DNA of 64,000 bases from Octopus vulgaris (GCA_951406725.2 OX597815.1:169198001-169262000); one strand, 5' to 3'. Counted from the first letter of the stretch, positions 1 to 12,140 are shown. Notes: generated from the sequence alone by a model not told the origin. Made by a program: numbers and translations.

Positions 1-335
1 TATATAAATAAAATAAAAAGAAAATTCACACAGTTTACATAGTTTTAATATATTTTAAATGAAAGAATATTGTGGTTGTTGACCGGTTTCGCTTTCACTA
101 ATCATGACACTGAAATTGTGATTTCGTATTTGCTTCAGAAGTTTTTAGCCTATGCTCACAAATTTTCATACAAGAACATGGACACAAAACTTCTTAAGAA
201 AATACAAAATCACAATAATTTCAATGTCATGATTATCAAAAGAGAAACTGGTTGATAACCACAATACTCTTTAATTTAAAATATATTAAAACTATGTAAA
301 TTGTGAGCATTTTCCTTCTTTTATTTTATATATAT
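1..335. repeat. Foldback (long imperfect inverted repeat) flanked by TA tracts, possibly Penelope-derived
   Basis: Bases 1-156 are the approximate reverse complement of 175-335 (e.g. tttacatagttttaatatattttaaat / atttaaaatatattaaaactatgtaaa). Confidence 0.8.
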
Positions 336-454
336 ATATATCATTAATTAATAAATCTTAGGGTAGCAAAAACAATTTAGAAAAATTCTTTGCTACCAGT
401 GGTCTAGCGAGAAGAAAAAATTAGTCAATAGACTATATATATTCCTATAAAAAT

Positions 455-486
<32 letters not shown>

Positions 487-839
487 ATATATACACATGC
501 ATATAAACATATGTGTGTGTGTATTTATATGCAAATATAAGCAAACACACAGACATACATTTGGGTGCATGCACATGCACACACACGGTAAGTTTCTTCC
601 AGTTTCCATCTATGAAATTTACTCACAAGGTTTCAATTGGCCTGGTGTCATAGTAGAAGACACTTAACCAATGTGTTACAATGTGACTGATTGAAGTCAC
701 ATAGTTGGGAAGCAAATGTCTTTTAACCACACAGCCACGCTTGCATGCCTACACACACAAACACACACACGTACGAGTGGATGAATGAAAGAAAGTGGCA
801 CTCAACACATTTAGTAGGAATTACATACATTTTTTAATG

Positions 840-976
840 ACAGTTTGACTCAACTATCATATGACTTCAAGCTTTGTGGGTGTGTAAGATGAATCCATCT
901 CATCCGATATTAGAAAAGATGGGCTTGTCCTACACACCCACAAAAATTAAAGTCTTATGGAGCTGAGTCAAACTGT
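840..976. repeat. Imperfect inverted repeat with about 60-bp arms (MITE-like hairpin)
   Basis: acagtttgactca...tttgtgggtgtgta...ccatct pairs with agatgg...tacacacccacaaa...tgagtcaaactgt. Confidence 0.8.
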
Positions 977-1324
977 TAGTACATCATCATCATTATCATT
1001 TACTGTCTGCTTTCCATGGTGGTATGGGTTGGATGGTTTGACATGAAGCTGGCCAGCTGGGTGCTGTCCAGACTCCAACTGTCTGTTGTGGCATGGTTTC
1101 TATGACTGGATGCCCTTCCTAATGCCAACCACTTAAGAGTGTGCTGGGTGCTTTTTATGTGCCACTGGCATGGGTGCATTTATGCAGCACCAGAATTAAT
1201 ATATATATATATAACCCGTGCTAGCGCGGTAAAACGGACGTTAAACGATGATGATGATGATATATATATATATATATATATACACATACATACATACACA
1301 CACACACATATATATATATATATA

Positions 1325-1722
1325 TCTTACTGGTTTCAGTCATTGGGCTGAGGCCATGCTGGGGCACTGCCTTGAAGGATTTAGTTGAACAAATCGACCC
1401 CATATGTATTTTTTTAAACCTGGTACTTATATCTTTTTCTGTTTGCTGAACTGCTAAGTTATGAGGATATAAACAAACCAACTCCAGCTGTCAAGCGATG
1501 GTAGGGGACAAACACAAAGACACATGCTCATAGATACATACATATAAACACACACACACACAATGGGCTTCTTTCAGTTTCCACCTACCAAATCTATTCA
1601 CAAGGCTTTATAGTTTTCCTGGGGATATAGTAGAAAATACTTGTCCAAGGTGTCACTCAGTGGGACTGAACCTGGAACCATGTGGTTGGGAAGCAAACTT
1701 ACCACACAGGAACACCTGCACC
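1325..1722 (-). mobile_element. tRNA-derived SINE family A, full-length copy
   Basis: Reverse complement of the family consensus seen at 14607-15000 (head, internal microsatellite, 3' module). Confidence 0.85.
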
Positions 1723-2160
1723 TGCATACACACACACAAAGTTTTTTCCTTCACTATTTTTGACAATTTAATCATTAGTTTCCTTATAACTATTATTTCA
1801 AAGTTATACACAGGACATTCCAGTGGCTTGTTTTCAGTATGAGGTTATGAAGCAATCTGTAAATGGTGTATAAAGATTTAAAAGATGTAAAGAGAAAGAG
1901 TTTTCATGTTTAAAAGTAAACATTCAGGTATAAAGGTTGCCTGTGTAATTTATACTTGTTTTGACGAGACAAATTTTAAACATGTTTCAGTTAGATATAA
2001 TTTACTGAAATATGGTTGTTATCAAACATAAGAAACCAATATCGATTCTGTGATTACCGCGTCAAAGGAAGACAAAACAGAACCTGACACTGCGTTAGTA
2101 AAATAAACACGATTACCATTTTTGAATGTTTATTAATGTCTTTTAGAGAATAATGCTCAC

Positions 2161-2267
2161 CCTCAGTGATATTTAGTTCGTTACCAATTGCTAATTTCCA
2201 TACTCTGCCTCGAACGCATGGTGGTAAGCCACTCCACCATAATTCACGGGCTCTTTTTGTCTGTTTC
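2161..2267 (-). CDS. TBC1D14: TBC1D14/TBC1D12-family Rab-GAP, internal coding exon at the start of the TBC domain (107 bp)
   Basis: Minus strand reads tttcttatttcag|G AAA CAG ACA...ACT GAG G|gtgagc and translates as [35 protein letters not shown], matching 'RxLWWQGxPPSVRGKVWSLAxGNELNIT'. Phase 2 in is consistent with the previous exon. The gene continues left of the window. Confidence 0.96.
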
Positions 2268-2679
2268 CTGAAATAAGAAATTGAAATATATACATGTAGA
2301 TGCCTACGTACACATAAAAAAATTTTAAATGTGAACAAAATCAATATATTGCATATACATTAGAGTCAACAGACTAAAATACTGTCAGCATTTTTTTTTC
2401 ATGTCATAATCTCTTCTAAATTCATGTTTATGTTTACATACTTGCATTTGAGGTCATAAAATCTTGGAGTGAATTACTTAATAGTGAAAGAAGAGAAAGT
2501 ATTTTTGTTTTTTACAACCAAGATGTGTGTTGAAGTGAGAAGAGAAATTTAAAATTTTACCTGAACAGACAATACAATCATGAATGCAGTGTATTAGACA
2601 CTCACTTGATTCTGATATTAGCAATTCTCAACATTCCTATTGTTTTGGTAATGTTGGTTATGTTTTGAGATCTTCAAGA

Positions 2680-3000
2680 CTTTTACTTGCTTCAGTCGAG
2701 CAAATCGACCCCAAGACATTCTTTGTAAGCCTAGTACTTATTCTATCGGTCTCTTTTGCCGAACCGCTAAGTTATGGGGATGTAAATAAACCAGCATCGG
2801 TTGTCAAGCGATGCTGGGGGGACAAACATATACACACACATACATACATATATATATATATACGATGGGCTTCTTTCAGTTTCCGCCTGCCAAATCCACT
2901 CACAAGGCTTTGGTCGGCCTGAGGCAATAGTAGAAGACACTTGCCTAAGGTGCCACGCAGTGGGACTGAATCCGGAACCATGTGGTTCGTAAGCAAATCA
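2680..3000 (-). mobile_element. SINE family A copy
   Basis: High similarity to the reverse complement of 14607-15000. Confidence 0.85.
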
Positions 3001-3613
3001 CTCATCACCATCAATTTAACATCTACTCTCCCATGCTCATGCTGTTCAGATGGGAGCATATAAGGGCAGAGTTTTCTATGGTCAGATGTCCTTCCTCACA
3101 TCAATCATTATTCATTTCCAAGTGAGGCAATAATCTCCTAGTCTAGTGAACAACAAACAACCCCAACATGGTTATAGAGAGAACTGGAAACAAACTGTTT
3201 GAATGACCTTTTTGTACATTAACATCACACAACATGCTAAGGTACATCGTTGTTAAGAAGCCTGGACATGGTTTTGCAGTGGACTGCAAGCAAATGATAC
3301 AGTTCCACATGAACAAAGAAACAATTGTTTACAATCAGTGAACACACATGAAAATGAGTGGGAATATGAACTCACACACACACACACACATATATATATC
3401 ATCATCATCATCACTATCATCGTTTTAACTTCCACTTTTCCATGCTTGCATGGGTCAGACAAAATTCATTGAGGGAGATTTTCTATGATTAGATACCCAC
3501 CCTGTTACCAACCCATGTCTGTTTACAAGCAAAGTAATATTTCCTCATTACCAAATATATTTTTCACAGAAGACTGGAAATAAAACAACACTGCTTGTAT
3601 GACAGTGACAGGA

Positions 3614-3652
<39 letters not shown>

Positions 3653-4065
3653 GGGCTTCTTTCAGTTTCTGTCTATCAAATCCACAGACAAAGCTTTGGT
3701 TGGCTCCAAGCTATAATAGACAACACTTGTCCAAAGTGTCATACAGTGAGACTGAACCCCAAACCATATGTTTGGGAAGCAAGCTTCTTAACCAAATAAC
3801 CATGCGTGTGTCTACACACACACACAGAGGCCCACACACACTTGATGGGCTTCTTTCAATTTCCATCAAACAAATCCATTCAGAAGGCATTGGTTACTCT
3901 TAGGCTAAGGTAGAAGACACTTGCCTAAGGTGCCATGCAGTGAGACTGAACCTCAAACCAAGTGGTTGAGAAGTGAGCTTCTAAACTACACAAACATGCC
4001 TGACCCATACATCAATGAATTATATATTCATCAAATACTATGAATATATTATTGAAATCTAACCA

Positions 4066-4470
4066 TAGGTGCAGGCGTGGCTGTGTGGTAAGAAGCTTGC
4101 TTCACAACCATATGGTTCCAGGTTCAGTCTCACTGTGTGGCACTTTGGGCAAGTGTCTTCTGCTATAGCCTCAGGTCAACCAAAGCCTTGTGAGTGGATT
4201 TTCTAGACGGAAACTGAAAGAATCCCATTGTGTGTATATATATATATATATATGTTTATGTTTCTGTGTTTGTTCCCCTGCCATCACTTGACAAACGATG
4301 TTGATGTGTTTACATCCCCGTAACTTAGCGGTTTGGCAAAAGACTGATAGAATAAGTACTAGGCTTACAAAGAATAAGTCTTATGGCCAATTTGTTCGAC
4401 TAAAGGTGGTGCTCCAGCAGGGCAACAATCAAATGACTGAAACAAGTAAAAGAATAAAGAATAAAAGAAT
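4066..4470 (+). mobile_element. SINE family A, full-length copy
   Basis: gtggctgtgtggtaag head (A-box-like), ggttcagtctc (B-box-like), gggcaagtgtctt, TA/TG microsatellite and 3' aatgactgaaacaagtaaaaga. Confidence 0.88.
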
Positions 4471-4552
4471 TCATATATTTGTGATTAATTCTGCTTTGTC
4501 ACTCATTAAATGTATTTCCTTGCTTGTCTTAAGCCAAGTCTTATGATATCTT

Positions 4553-5145
4553 TTCTTTTACTTGTTTCAGTCATTAGACTGCGGCCATACTGGGGCACCA
4601 CCGTGAAGAATTTTTAGTCGAATGAATCAACCTCAGTAATTATTTTTCTCTTTTAAAAACCTGGCACTTATTGTATCAGTCTCTTTTACCAAACAGCTAG
4701 ATTAGGGGGATGTAAACACACCAACACCAGTTGCCAAGCGGTGGTGGTGGACAAACACTGATACACAGACACATATGCATGCACATGAGGGGCTTCTTTC
4801 AGTTTCTGTCAACCAAATCCACTCACAATGCTTTGGTTGGCTTTTGTCTTCTTTGTAAGCCTAGTACTTATTCTATCGGTCTCTTTTGCCGAACCGCTAA
4901 GTTATGGGGACGTAAATAAACCAGCATCGGTTGTCAAGTGATGTTGGGGGGGACAAACATATACACACACATACATACATATATATATATACACATATAT
5001 ACGATGGGCTTCTTTCAGTTTCCGTCTACCAAATCCACTCACAAGGCTTTGGTCGGCCCGAGGCTATAATGCCACACAGTGGGACTGAACTTGGACCCAT
5101 GAGTTTGGGAAGCAGGATTCTTACCACACAGCCACACTTGCACCC
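4553..5145 (-). mobile_element. Two fused or partial SINE family A copies
   Basis: The family sequence restarts near 4850 (ctttgtaagcctagtacttattctatcgg). Confidence 0.8.
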
Positions 5146-5638
5146 ACGTCGAACATTTCCTAACATTTTTCTCTTTACTTTTTATCAGGCAAGTAAACCA
5201 TTTTTCTCTCCATTCATAGTTATCTGTTTTTCCAGTCAGCCGGTATTATACAGAAGCTTTATGATCATCAACTCAATTGAATGCATCAACATTATTTACA
5301 CAGCTTTCTCAACAATAACAATGATTACCTCCTGCTAACTCATCTATCTGCGTGCGTTGTACAGCTGTCAGTATTGTCATATACTGCGTTAGATGTGCTG
5401 GGTATCACATTCTTTTTCAGACAATTATCTAGCAACACTTCCTGAACTGACAAGAATATTAGGTTACACTGATGCTGTTTCACTTGAATTATAAAGTGGA
5501 CTAGCATCATATATTGTGTACCAGAGTAGAAAACTGCCAACGGGGGACTTCTATGTCATCACTCAGCCTACAAGAAATAGCAGATTAATTTCTATCATAT
5601 CTCACTGGCATCTTAATATCTATCTATCTCTCTATATA

Positions 5639-5672
<34 letters not shown>

Positions 5673-5799
5673 CTTGGAATGAATGAAGGATGCATTGAAT
5701 AATGTAGTTTTAGAAACACAATGCTTGATAAAAAAAATGGAAAAGTCATGGCTTGAACAATTTTGATCAATAATTAAACAGAGTATAAAAAATGAATAA

Positions 5800-6800
5800 T
5801 AATGGTTTCAAATTTTGGCATAACACTAGCAATTTCAGGAGAAGGGATAGGTCGTTTACATGGACCTCTGTGCTCAACTGGTACCTATTTTATTGACCCC
5901 TGAAAGGATGAAAGGCAAAGTTGACCTCAGCAGAATTTGAACTCAGACCGTAAAGATGAATGAAATGCATAGCAGCATTTTGTCCAGTGTGCTAATGATT
6001 CTGCTAGATGGCTACCTAGAAGATGAAGAAGATGAAGATGATGAAGAAGATGATGAAGATGATGAAGATGATGATGAAAATGATGAAGATGATGAAGATG
6101 ATGATGAAGATGATAATGAAGATGAAGATGATGATGAAGATGAAGATGATGATGATGCAGATGAAGAAGATGAAGAAGATGAAGAATATGATGAAGAAGA
6201 TGAAGATGATGATGAAGATGAAGATGAAGATGATGATGAAGAAGATGATGAAGATGGTGAAGATGTAGAAGATGATGAAAATGATGAAGATGAAGAAGAT
6301 GATGAAGAAGATGATGAAGATGATGATAATGTTGAAGATAATGATACAAGGTACAAGGCCTGAAACTTTGGGGAGATTGGGATAATTGATTATATTGACC
6401 CTGGTGCTCAACTGGTACTTATTTCATTGATCCTGTAACGATGAAAAGCAAAGTCAACCCCAGTGGAATTTGAACTCAGAACATAAAGACTAGAAATACT
6501 GCTAAGCATTTTCTTCAGAATGCTAAAAAATTCTGCCAGCTGGCCTACCTTTCAATAACAATTTTTCAAATTTTGGCACAAGGTCAACAATATTACAGGA
6601 AGGGAGATTACATTGATCCCAATAGTTGGCTGGTATTTTATCTTATCAACCCTTGGAGGAATGTGATCCAAAGGTAAAGATGACCGTGGAGGATGAAAAG
6701 AGAAGCTGATTCTGGCAGTGTTTAAATTTAGGATGTAATGGGTTGGAAGAAAAACTGCTAGGTATTTTGTCTGGTGTTGTAACGATTTTGCCAGCAAGCC
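5800..6800 (-). mobile_element. Tandem array of three SINE family B copies
   Basis: Repeated gatgaaaggcaaagt(t/c)gacc...gaatttgaactcaga units at about 5800-6012, 6345-6550 and 6565-6800. They are reverse complements of the plus copy at 35632. Confidence 0.82.
6020..6345. repeat. Compound (GAT/GAA)n trinucleotide repeat
   Basis: About 325 bp of in-register GAT/GAA triplets. It produces the poly-D/E, poly-H, poly-S and poly-MK ORFs. Confidence 0.95.
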
Positions 6801-6869
6801 AATAATAATAAAGTAGTTGCTAAATTTTCAAAGCAGCAGAAGGTATCATGGTAACTAGGTATAAGGTAT

Positions 6870-7084
6870 CTAACTCTTTGGATACCAACACACCTGAAAC
6901 TGCTCTTCCTTCTATGGTACAAATTCTTTGTTTTCAACTGATCTGAATTGAAAACTTCCATTAAAACTCCAGATACCAGCTTTAAAAAATACGAAGTGAT
7001 TTTCATAAATTCTTCATTGTTTTAAAAATTAATTGCAATGAAGGCAGTATATTTCTACATAAATCTGGTAACAAAAAGGTTATT
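6870..7084. mobile_element. piggyBac-like MITE (degenerate copy of the 39594-39814 family)
   Basis: Ends taactctttggatacc / ggtaacaaaaaggtta; the interior resembles the reverse complement of 39594-39814. Confidence 0.6.
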
Positions 7085-7449
7085 AAAAGTGTTACAACTA
7101 AAAGAAGCTGGAAAACCTAAAAAAATGTCTAGCAGAAAATATACCAAGTATAAATTAAATTTACTGGTTATTTCCTAGGACTGGAACAGAAGGTTTGAAA
7201 CTGAATAACATTCCAAAGAATTTACCTGTTCAAACCTTCTGTATGCTTCCACTAATTGCAAATGAACACCTGCTGGTCATGTTGTTTTTATCTTGTCATA
7301 TGTACACAAAATCTGTCTGCATACAGCACTTTGTTTAAATGTAAACACATACAGGGAAAGTAGTTTAGCAACTATTTATTCTTTTATTTGTATCAGTCAT
7401 TTGACTGTGGCCATGCTGGAGCACCACCTTAATGAAATATTTGGGCTCT

Positions 7450-7833
7450 TTTATCTCTTACTTGTTTCAGTCATTGGACTGCGGCCATGCTGGGGCACCA
7501 CATTAAGGAATTTAGTGGAAGTAATCAACCCCAGTACTTATTTTCTTTAAGCCTGGTGCTTATTCTATTGGTCTCTTTTGTTGAAACACTAAGTTACAAG
7601 AATGTAAACACACCAACATTGGTTGTCAAGCGGTGGTGGGGTACAAACACAGACACAAAGACACACACAATGGTCTTTTTTCAGTTTCTGCCAATCAAAT
7701 CTACTCACGAGGCTTTACTCGGCCTAAGGCTATAGTAGAAGATACATGTCTGAGGTACCATGCACTGGGATTGAACCCAGAATCATATGATTGGGAAGCA
7801 AACTTTTTAACAACACAGCCACACCTGCACCTA
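7450..7833 (-). mobile_element. SINE family A, full-length copy
   Basis: Reverse complement of the family consensus, followed by a (TA)n tract. Confidence 0.85.
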
Positions 7834-7851
7834 TATATGTGTGTGTGTATG

Positions 7852-7907
<56 letters not shown>

Positions 7908-8050
7908 CTGTTCTGTGATGGTAAGATCAACAGTGCTTGATGATTGTGCTAGGACACCAGATGTGTTAACAAGCACTGTCTAGCATGCTCTCAGCACATG
8001 AAACTAATAGTAGCACCTCAAAACATATATTGTATTTATTAAACAATACA

Positions 8051-8906
8051 TTGGGTCATCCCATAAATAATGCAATTTTTTACACTTTATTTTTCAAAAT
8101 TAAGATAAACAAAGTTCTTTTTAAATTTAAAATATAATCTTCATTTTCTACAATGCTCTACCATCTATCTGGTAGACTTGCAAGGCCCTTCTTCCAAAAT
8201 TTACTTGTCCTTGACAAGGTGCTGGTGTTTCTTTTCCCTATCCACTGTCTCTGGCACTTAACATTTTTATAGAGAACCCATTTCTCATCACCAGTCACTA
8301 TTCAGTTCAAAAAAGATTCATTCATGAGATGTGACAGCAAAGAAGAGTACACATTCACTCTTTGCGCGCAATTAGACTTGGAAGTTTGTGACCCAATTTA
8401 CTGCCTTTTCCGATGGCATGCAGGTGTCAATGAATGGTTGAATGACCAAATCCAAGCTTCACTACTATTTCCTAAACAGTTACAATGGGATTTTGTTTCA
8501 CTAGAGTCTGCAGGACATCCTCATCGAGCTCAATGGATCTTCCAGAATGAGGCTCGTGTTCTAGGCTGTAGTTTCTGGCATGGGATTTCTGGAACCACTA
8601 TTGACATTGGCTTATGCTTATTGTCTGATCCCCATATACTGCATTAATATTCCTCGCACATTCTGTTGCATTGTTGCTTTTATTGAACTCATAAAGCAAA
8701 ATATGCCAAATGTGCTCTTTTATCACTTTGAAAAAAAATTACAGTTAAAATCGAACTGCACTCTTCAAAACTTGCACTAAGAATAAGGACAAGGTAAAAT
8801 TACTACCTGCTTTTATAGCAAGTTGATGCAGGTAGTTTGTTCCACCCCGCTCCGACTTTTAGTTCATGCAGTTGAAAAAAATCACATTATTTATGGGATG
8901 ACCTAA
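8051..8906 (-). mobile_element. Internally deleted mariner (Tc1/mariner) transposon
   Basis: TIRs ttgggtcatcccataaataatg / cattatttatgggatgacctaa, with TA on the right. Minus-strand remnants read HILLYEFNK..NATECARNINAVYG..WFQK (HTH) and IVTGDEKWVLYKN (first catalytic Asp motif), with stops. Confidence 0.9.
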
Positions 8907-9397
8907 TATATATACACACACACACACACAAGCATGGAAAATGATCTAAAAAATCTTGGTGTGTAGGTGTCAGATAATATGCTTCCCTTTTACTCAAGTA
9001 GTTTATTTAAGTTTAAAAAATGAGAACAAAGAAACTTCACAGAGATAATATTGCATGCATGAGTGTGTGTGTGTGGTGTGTCTGTGTTTGCTAACAAAAC
9101 AAACTTTCAGAGGGGTTATAATCTTTTCTGGCTTCTTACACCATCTGGAAAATTCCATCCTCAACCTTTTACAAACAAAAACACTAGTTGGTTCAATCAA
9201 AACAGATCCCTCTCTTGACATGGATGAATGCAAAAAAATTTAAGATTATAATTGTCTTGAAATCCCACTTTTATTTCTTTTGGCCAAATATGCCAGTTTC
9301 AGTTTTGGTAATACTGCAATCCACAGATATTAACCCTTTAGCGTTCAAATTATTCTGTCAAATGTAATGTTTATTCATTTATGTTGTTTTGGAAAAA

Positions 9398-9555
9398 GGC
9401 TCATGGCTCAGTGGTAAGAGCATCAGGCTCATAATCACAAGGTAGTGAGTTTGATTTCTGGATCAGGTTGTATCATGTTCTTGAGCACTTTATTTCACAC
9501 TGCTCCAGTTTACTCAGCTGTAGAAATGAGTTGCAATGTCACAGGTGCCGAGCAG
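9398..9555 (+). mobile_element. tRNA-derived SINE family C (partial)
   Basis: ggctcatggctcagtggtaag head and tgctccagtttactcagctgtagaaatgag; same family as 44913-45245. Confidence 0.75.
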
Positions 9556-9852
9556 CATTGACTCCAAAAGGATGAAGAGCAAAGTCGATCTCAGCTGAAT
9601 TCGAACATAAAGATGGGTGAAATGTTGCTAAGCGCTTAGTCTGGCAATGCTGCCTTACTTTGACTTCTAATAATAATCTTTTCTAATATAGGCACAAAGC
9701 CTGAAATTTGTAGAGACGGGGATAATTGATCACATTGACCCTAGTGCTTGACTGGTACTTAATTTATCAACCCTGAGAGGATGAAAGGCAAAGTCCACAT
9801 CAGTGGAATTTGAACTCAGAATATGAAGATAGATGAAATGCTGCTAAGCATC
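9555..9852 (-). mobile_element. Two tandem SINE family B copies separated by a short AAT tract
   Basis: gatgaa(g/a)..caaagtc..ctcag..gaatt(c/t)gaac motif twice; taataataatc precedes the second copy. Confidence 0.78.
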
Positions 9853-9904
9853 TTCTTCTTCTTCTTCTTCTTCTTCTTCTAATAATAATAATAATAATAA
9901 TAAT

Positions 9905-10710
9905 GATAATTTCTTTGTTAACCACAAGGGTTTACATTAAGAAAAACATTATGGACAGCACGGACAAAACAAAGAATGTGTGAAATGTAAGTGTGTGAGT
10001 GTGTTGTGAAGATTTTGAGTGTAAACAACGAAATAAAAAGAAAGAAATCAACAATGTGTAATCCTCAATAGGGAGGAGACGTTTGAGGGCTGAGCATGGA
10101 AAGATCCCATAAAAAACCATGGGTACCCTGACTTTTGGGGCAGGTGCCTTTTTCCATTCCTTTTTTTCCAACTATGGGCGTATGCTCAAGGCAAGCCCAT
10201 TCACTTGCACCATTCTCGCCCCTTTCATCCACCTTTTCCTTTCCAAGTGTAACTTGAAGAGTTCATCAGGGATTGACAATCTCGTTTACCAGATAACCTC
10301 CTTTGCCCTGGCTACTACTAGGCATACAAAAACAGCTTTTCCTTCCCAGTTAAAGGAACGTGATGGGGCAATTTTCACAATGGATTCATTTGACAGCCAG
10401 ATCTGTCCCACATGCGACATCAGGTGTTTGACATAAACCCACAGGTCAGCAATGCTCGGGTACTGGATGAGTGCATGCAGGAATGTTCTGTCATCCTGCA
10501 TGCCTCTCAGACATGCTTGGCTGACAGCACTTCTGTGCCTGTAAAGTTTATCCTGAACAGGCAAAGGTCCCCGGTAGTACTGCCAGGCCAGAGATTTTTG
10601 GAAATTATCCATTGGTCCTGGCTCGAAAGTTTTCAGGAAAAAAGCGACTAGCTGATCTTCTTTGATGCCCAAGGTTTCCCCAAGATCATTGTCGTACTTT
10701 TCATCCACTA
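9905..10710 (-). mobile_element. 5'-truncated L1/Tx1-clade LINE (ORF2 C-terminus, 3' UTR and ATT tail)
   Basis: ORF 10286-10708 (...FQKSLAWQYYRGPLPVQDKLYRH...ACLRG...TFLHALIQYPSIADLW...AKEVIW) resembles a degenerate zf-RVT region of L1/Tx1 ORF2. It ends in aaagaaatt followed by (ATT)n on the minus strand. Confidence 0.75.
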
Positions 10711-10832
10711 ATCCTCTTTTAAATTAAAACAACCCCCTCAAAAACCAAGAGAAATTAATATATTATACAAATCTATTTGATATTTTCAAATGAAATTAAA
10801 AACTATTTACCAGATACTTATATATATATATA

Positions 10833-11346
10833 CTAGCAGTATCGCCCGGCATTGCTCAGGTTTGTAAGGGAAATAACTATATAAGCATTTTTAGAGAGTT
10901 ACTTCCCTTATAGATGCCAAAAAGGGCTTTCTTAGCCATTTCTGTTTTGGTGTCTTCAAGCCATGAAGTCGTTGTTCTAAAAGAACGCTGGTCTCTTTGA
11001 CAACGCTTTACGACGTTGATTTCTTTACACTCCCTTCCCCACAGCTTCACGAGGGAGGGAAGAAGGGGGAGAAGCAAACAGGTGCAGGTGTGACCATGGA
11101 CGCCAACTCCGCCGCCATCGACACACGAAAAATTATGCATTAAAATGGAATTAAAAATGATGTTAAATTATTTTTAAAATCGTAGACTCATCGTAGACGC
11201 GCGCTAATACCCAGACGGGCTCGATATGAATCACGACTATAAGATACCCAGTTTTGGTTAAACTGCACCGCAAAATGTGGGAGTAGTTAGGAATCTAAAT
11301 CGAAGGGGGACAGACACTCACACAACTACAGTTTTATATATATAGA
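10833..11346 (-). mobile_element. Non-autonomous Helitron
   Basis: On the minus strand it starts a|TCTATATATATAAAA and ends with a GC-rich hairpin (cctgagcaatgccggg) about 10 nt before CTAG|t. It is inserted between A and T with no TSD. Confidence 0.85.
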
Positions 11347-11407
11347 TGTATAGCAAAACTACTTATAGTAGATGTACAGAAGATTTAAATAAAACTTGAA
11401 AACTTAC

Positions 11408-11525
11408 GTAATTTCCCAGTTTGGAAGAACTTCACTGTTCCAAGTCTTTGCAGCTGCAACCAATTGTTCTTCATGCTTCAACTGTAGCTGCAGATGCTTC
11501 TTTTTCTGCCGAATATCTTTTTGCT
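11408..11525 (-). CDS. TBC1D14: TBC1D14/TBC1D12-family Rab-GAP, internal coding exon (118 bp)
   Basis: Minus strand reads atattttcag|AG CAA AAA GAT...TGG GAA ATT AC|gtaagt and translates as (E)QKDIRQKKKHLQLQLKHEEQLVAAAKTWNSEVLPNWEI(T), matching the 'WxxEILPNWE' motif. Phase 1 in joins the 83-bp exon; phase 2 out. Confidence 0.95.
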
Positions 11526-11919
11526 CTGAAAATATATTGGTTTTTCCAAGTAAAGTTTTAAAAATATATATAAAAAAACTCCCAAAAATAAAACAACAAA
11601 ACAAACTAAAATGAAATAAAAATCTCAAAACACACTGGTAGGCCAAGTAACAACACATGTGACCGTCAAGTATACTAGCAAGTCCACCATAAATAATAAT
11701 TCAATTTGATTAATCATCATGAACATTACAGTTATTACATGCTTCATTTCTGTTTTAAATCACTGGAATCATGCTGATGGAAGAAAGCTTTCCGTTTGTC
11801 TGTCTGTCTGTATCTCTCATGCACACTCATTCTCTCTTTATGTATCACCAGTTCATAAAATTTTTAGTAGCAGGTATTCAAATATTGTCTCTTTTGGAAT
11901 ATAAACATAAATTACAGTA

Positions 11920-12140
11920 CAAGGGAGTGCTGAAAAGTTCCGTCCTGGCTTTAAAGGTATCATGAAAGGCCTGGTTGGAGGACCAACATTCTGAGCTTCT
12001 TTCATAGGGCTTAGAAAAACTGAAGGACCACTGCAATAAGTGTGTGAATCTGAGAGGGGAATATGTTGATTAAAATCATAATTAATTGATTTCCTGTATT
12101 TTCTTTTACTCAAAGCCAGGAACTTTTCGGCACCCACTTG
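11920..12140. mobile_element. Mariner-derived MITE (about 215 bp); other copies at 17095-17312 and 38308-38527
   Basis: TIRs caagggagtgctgaaaagttcc / ggaacttttcggcacccacttg with TA context. The interior is shared among the three copies. Confidence 0.82.

Noticed and set aside
5927-6411. Poly-D/E, poly-H, poly-S and poly-MK ORFs
   Set aside because: All are frames of one GAT/GAA microsatellite between SINEs, with no splice or codon evidence for a gene.
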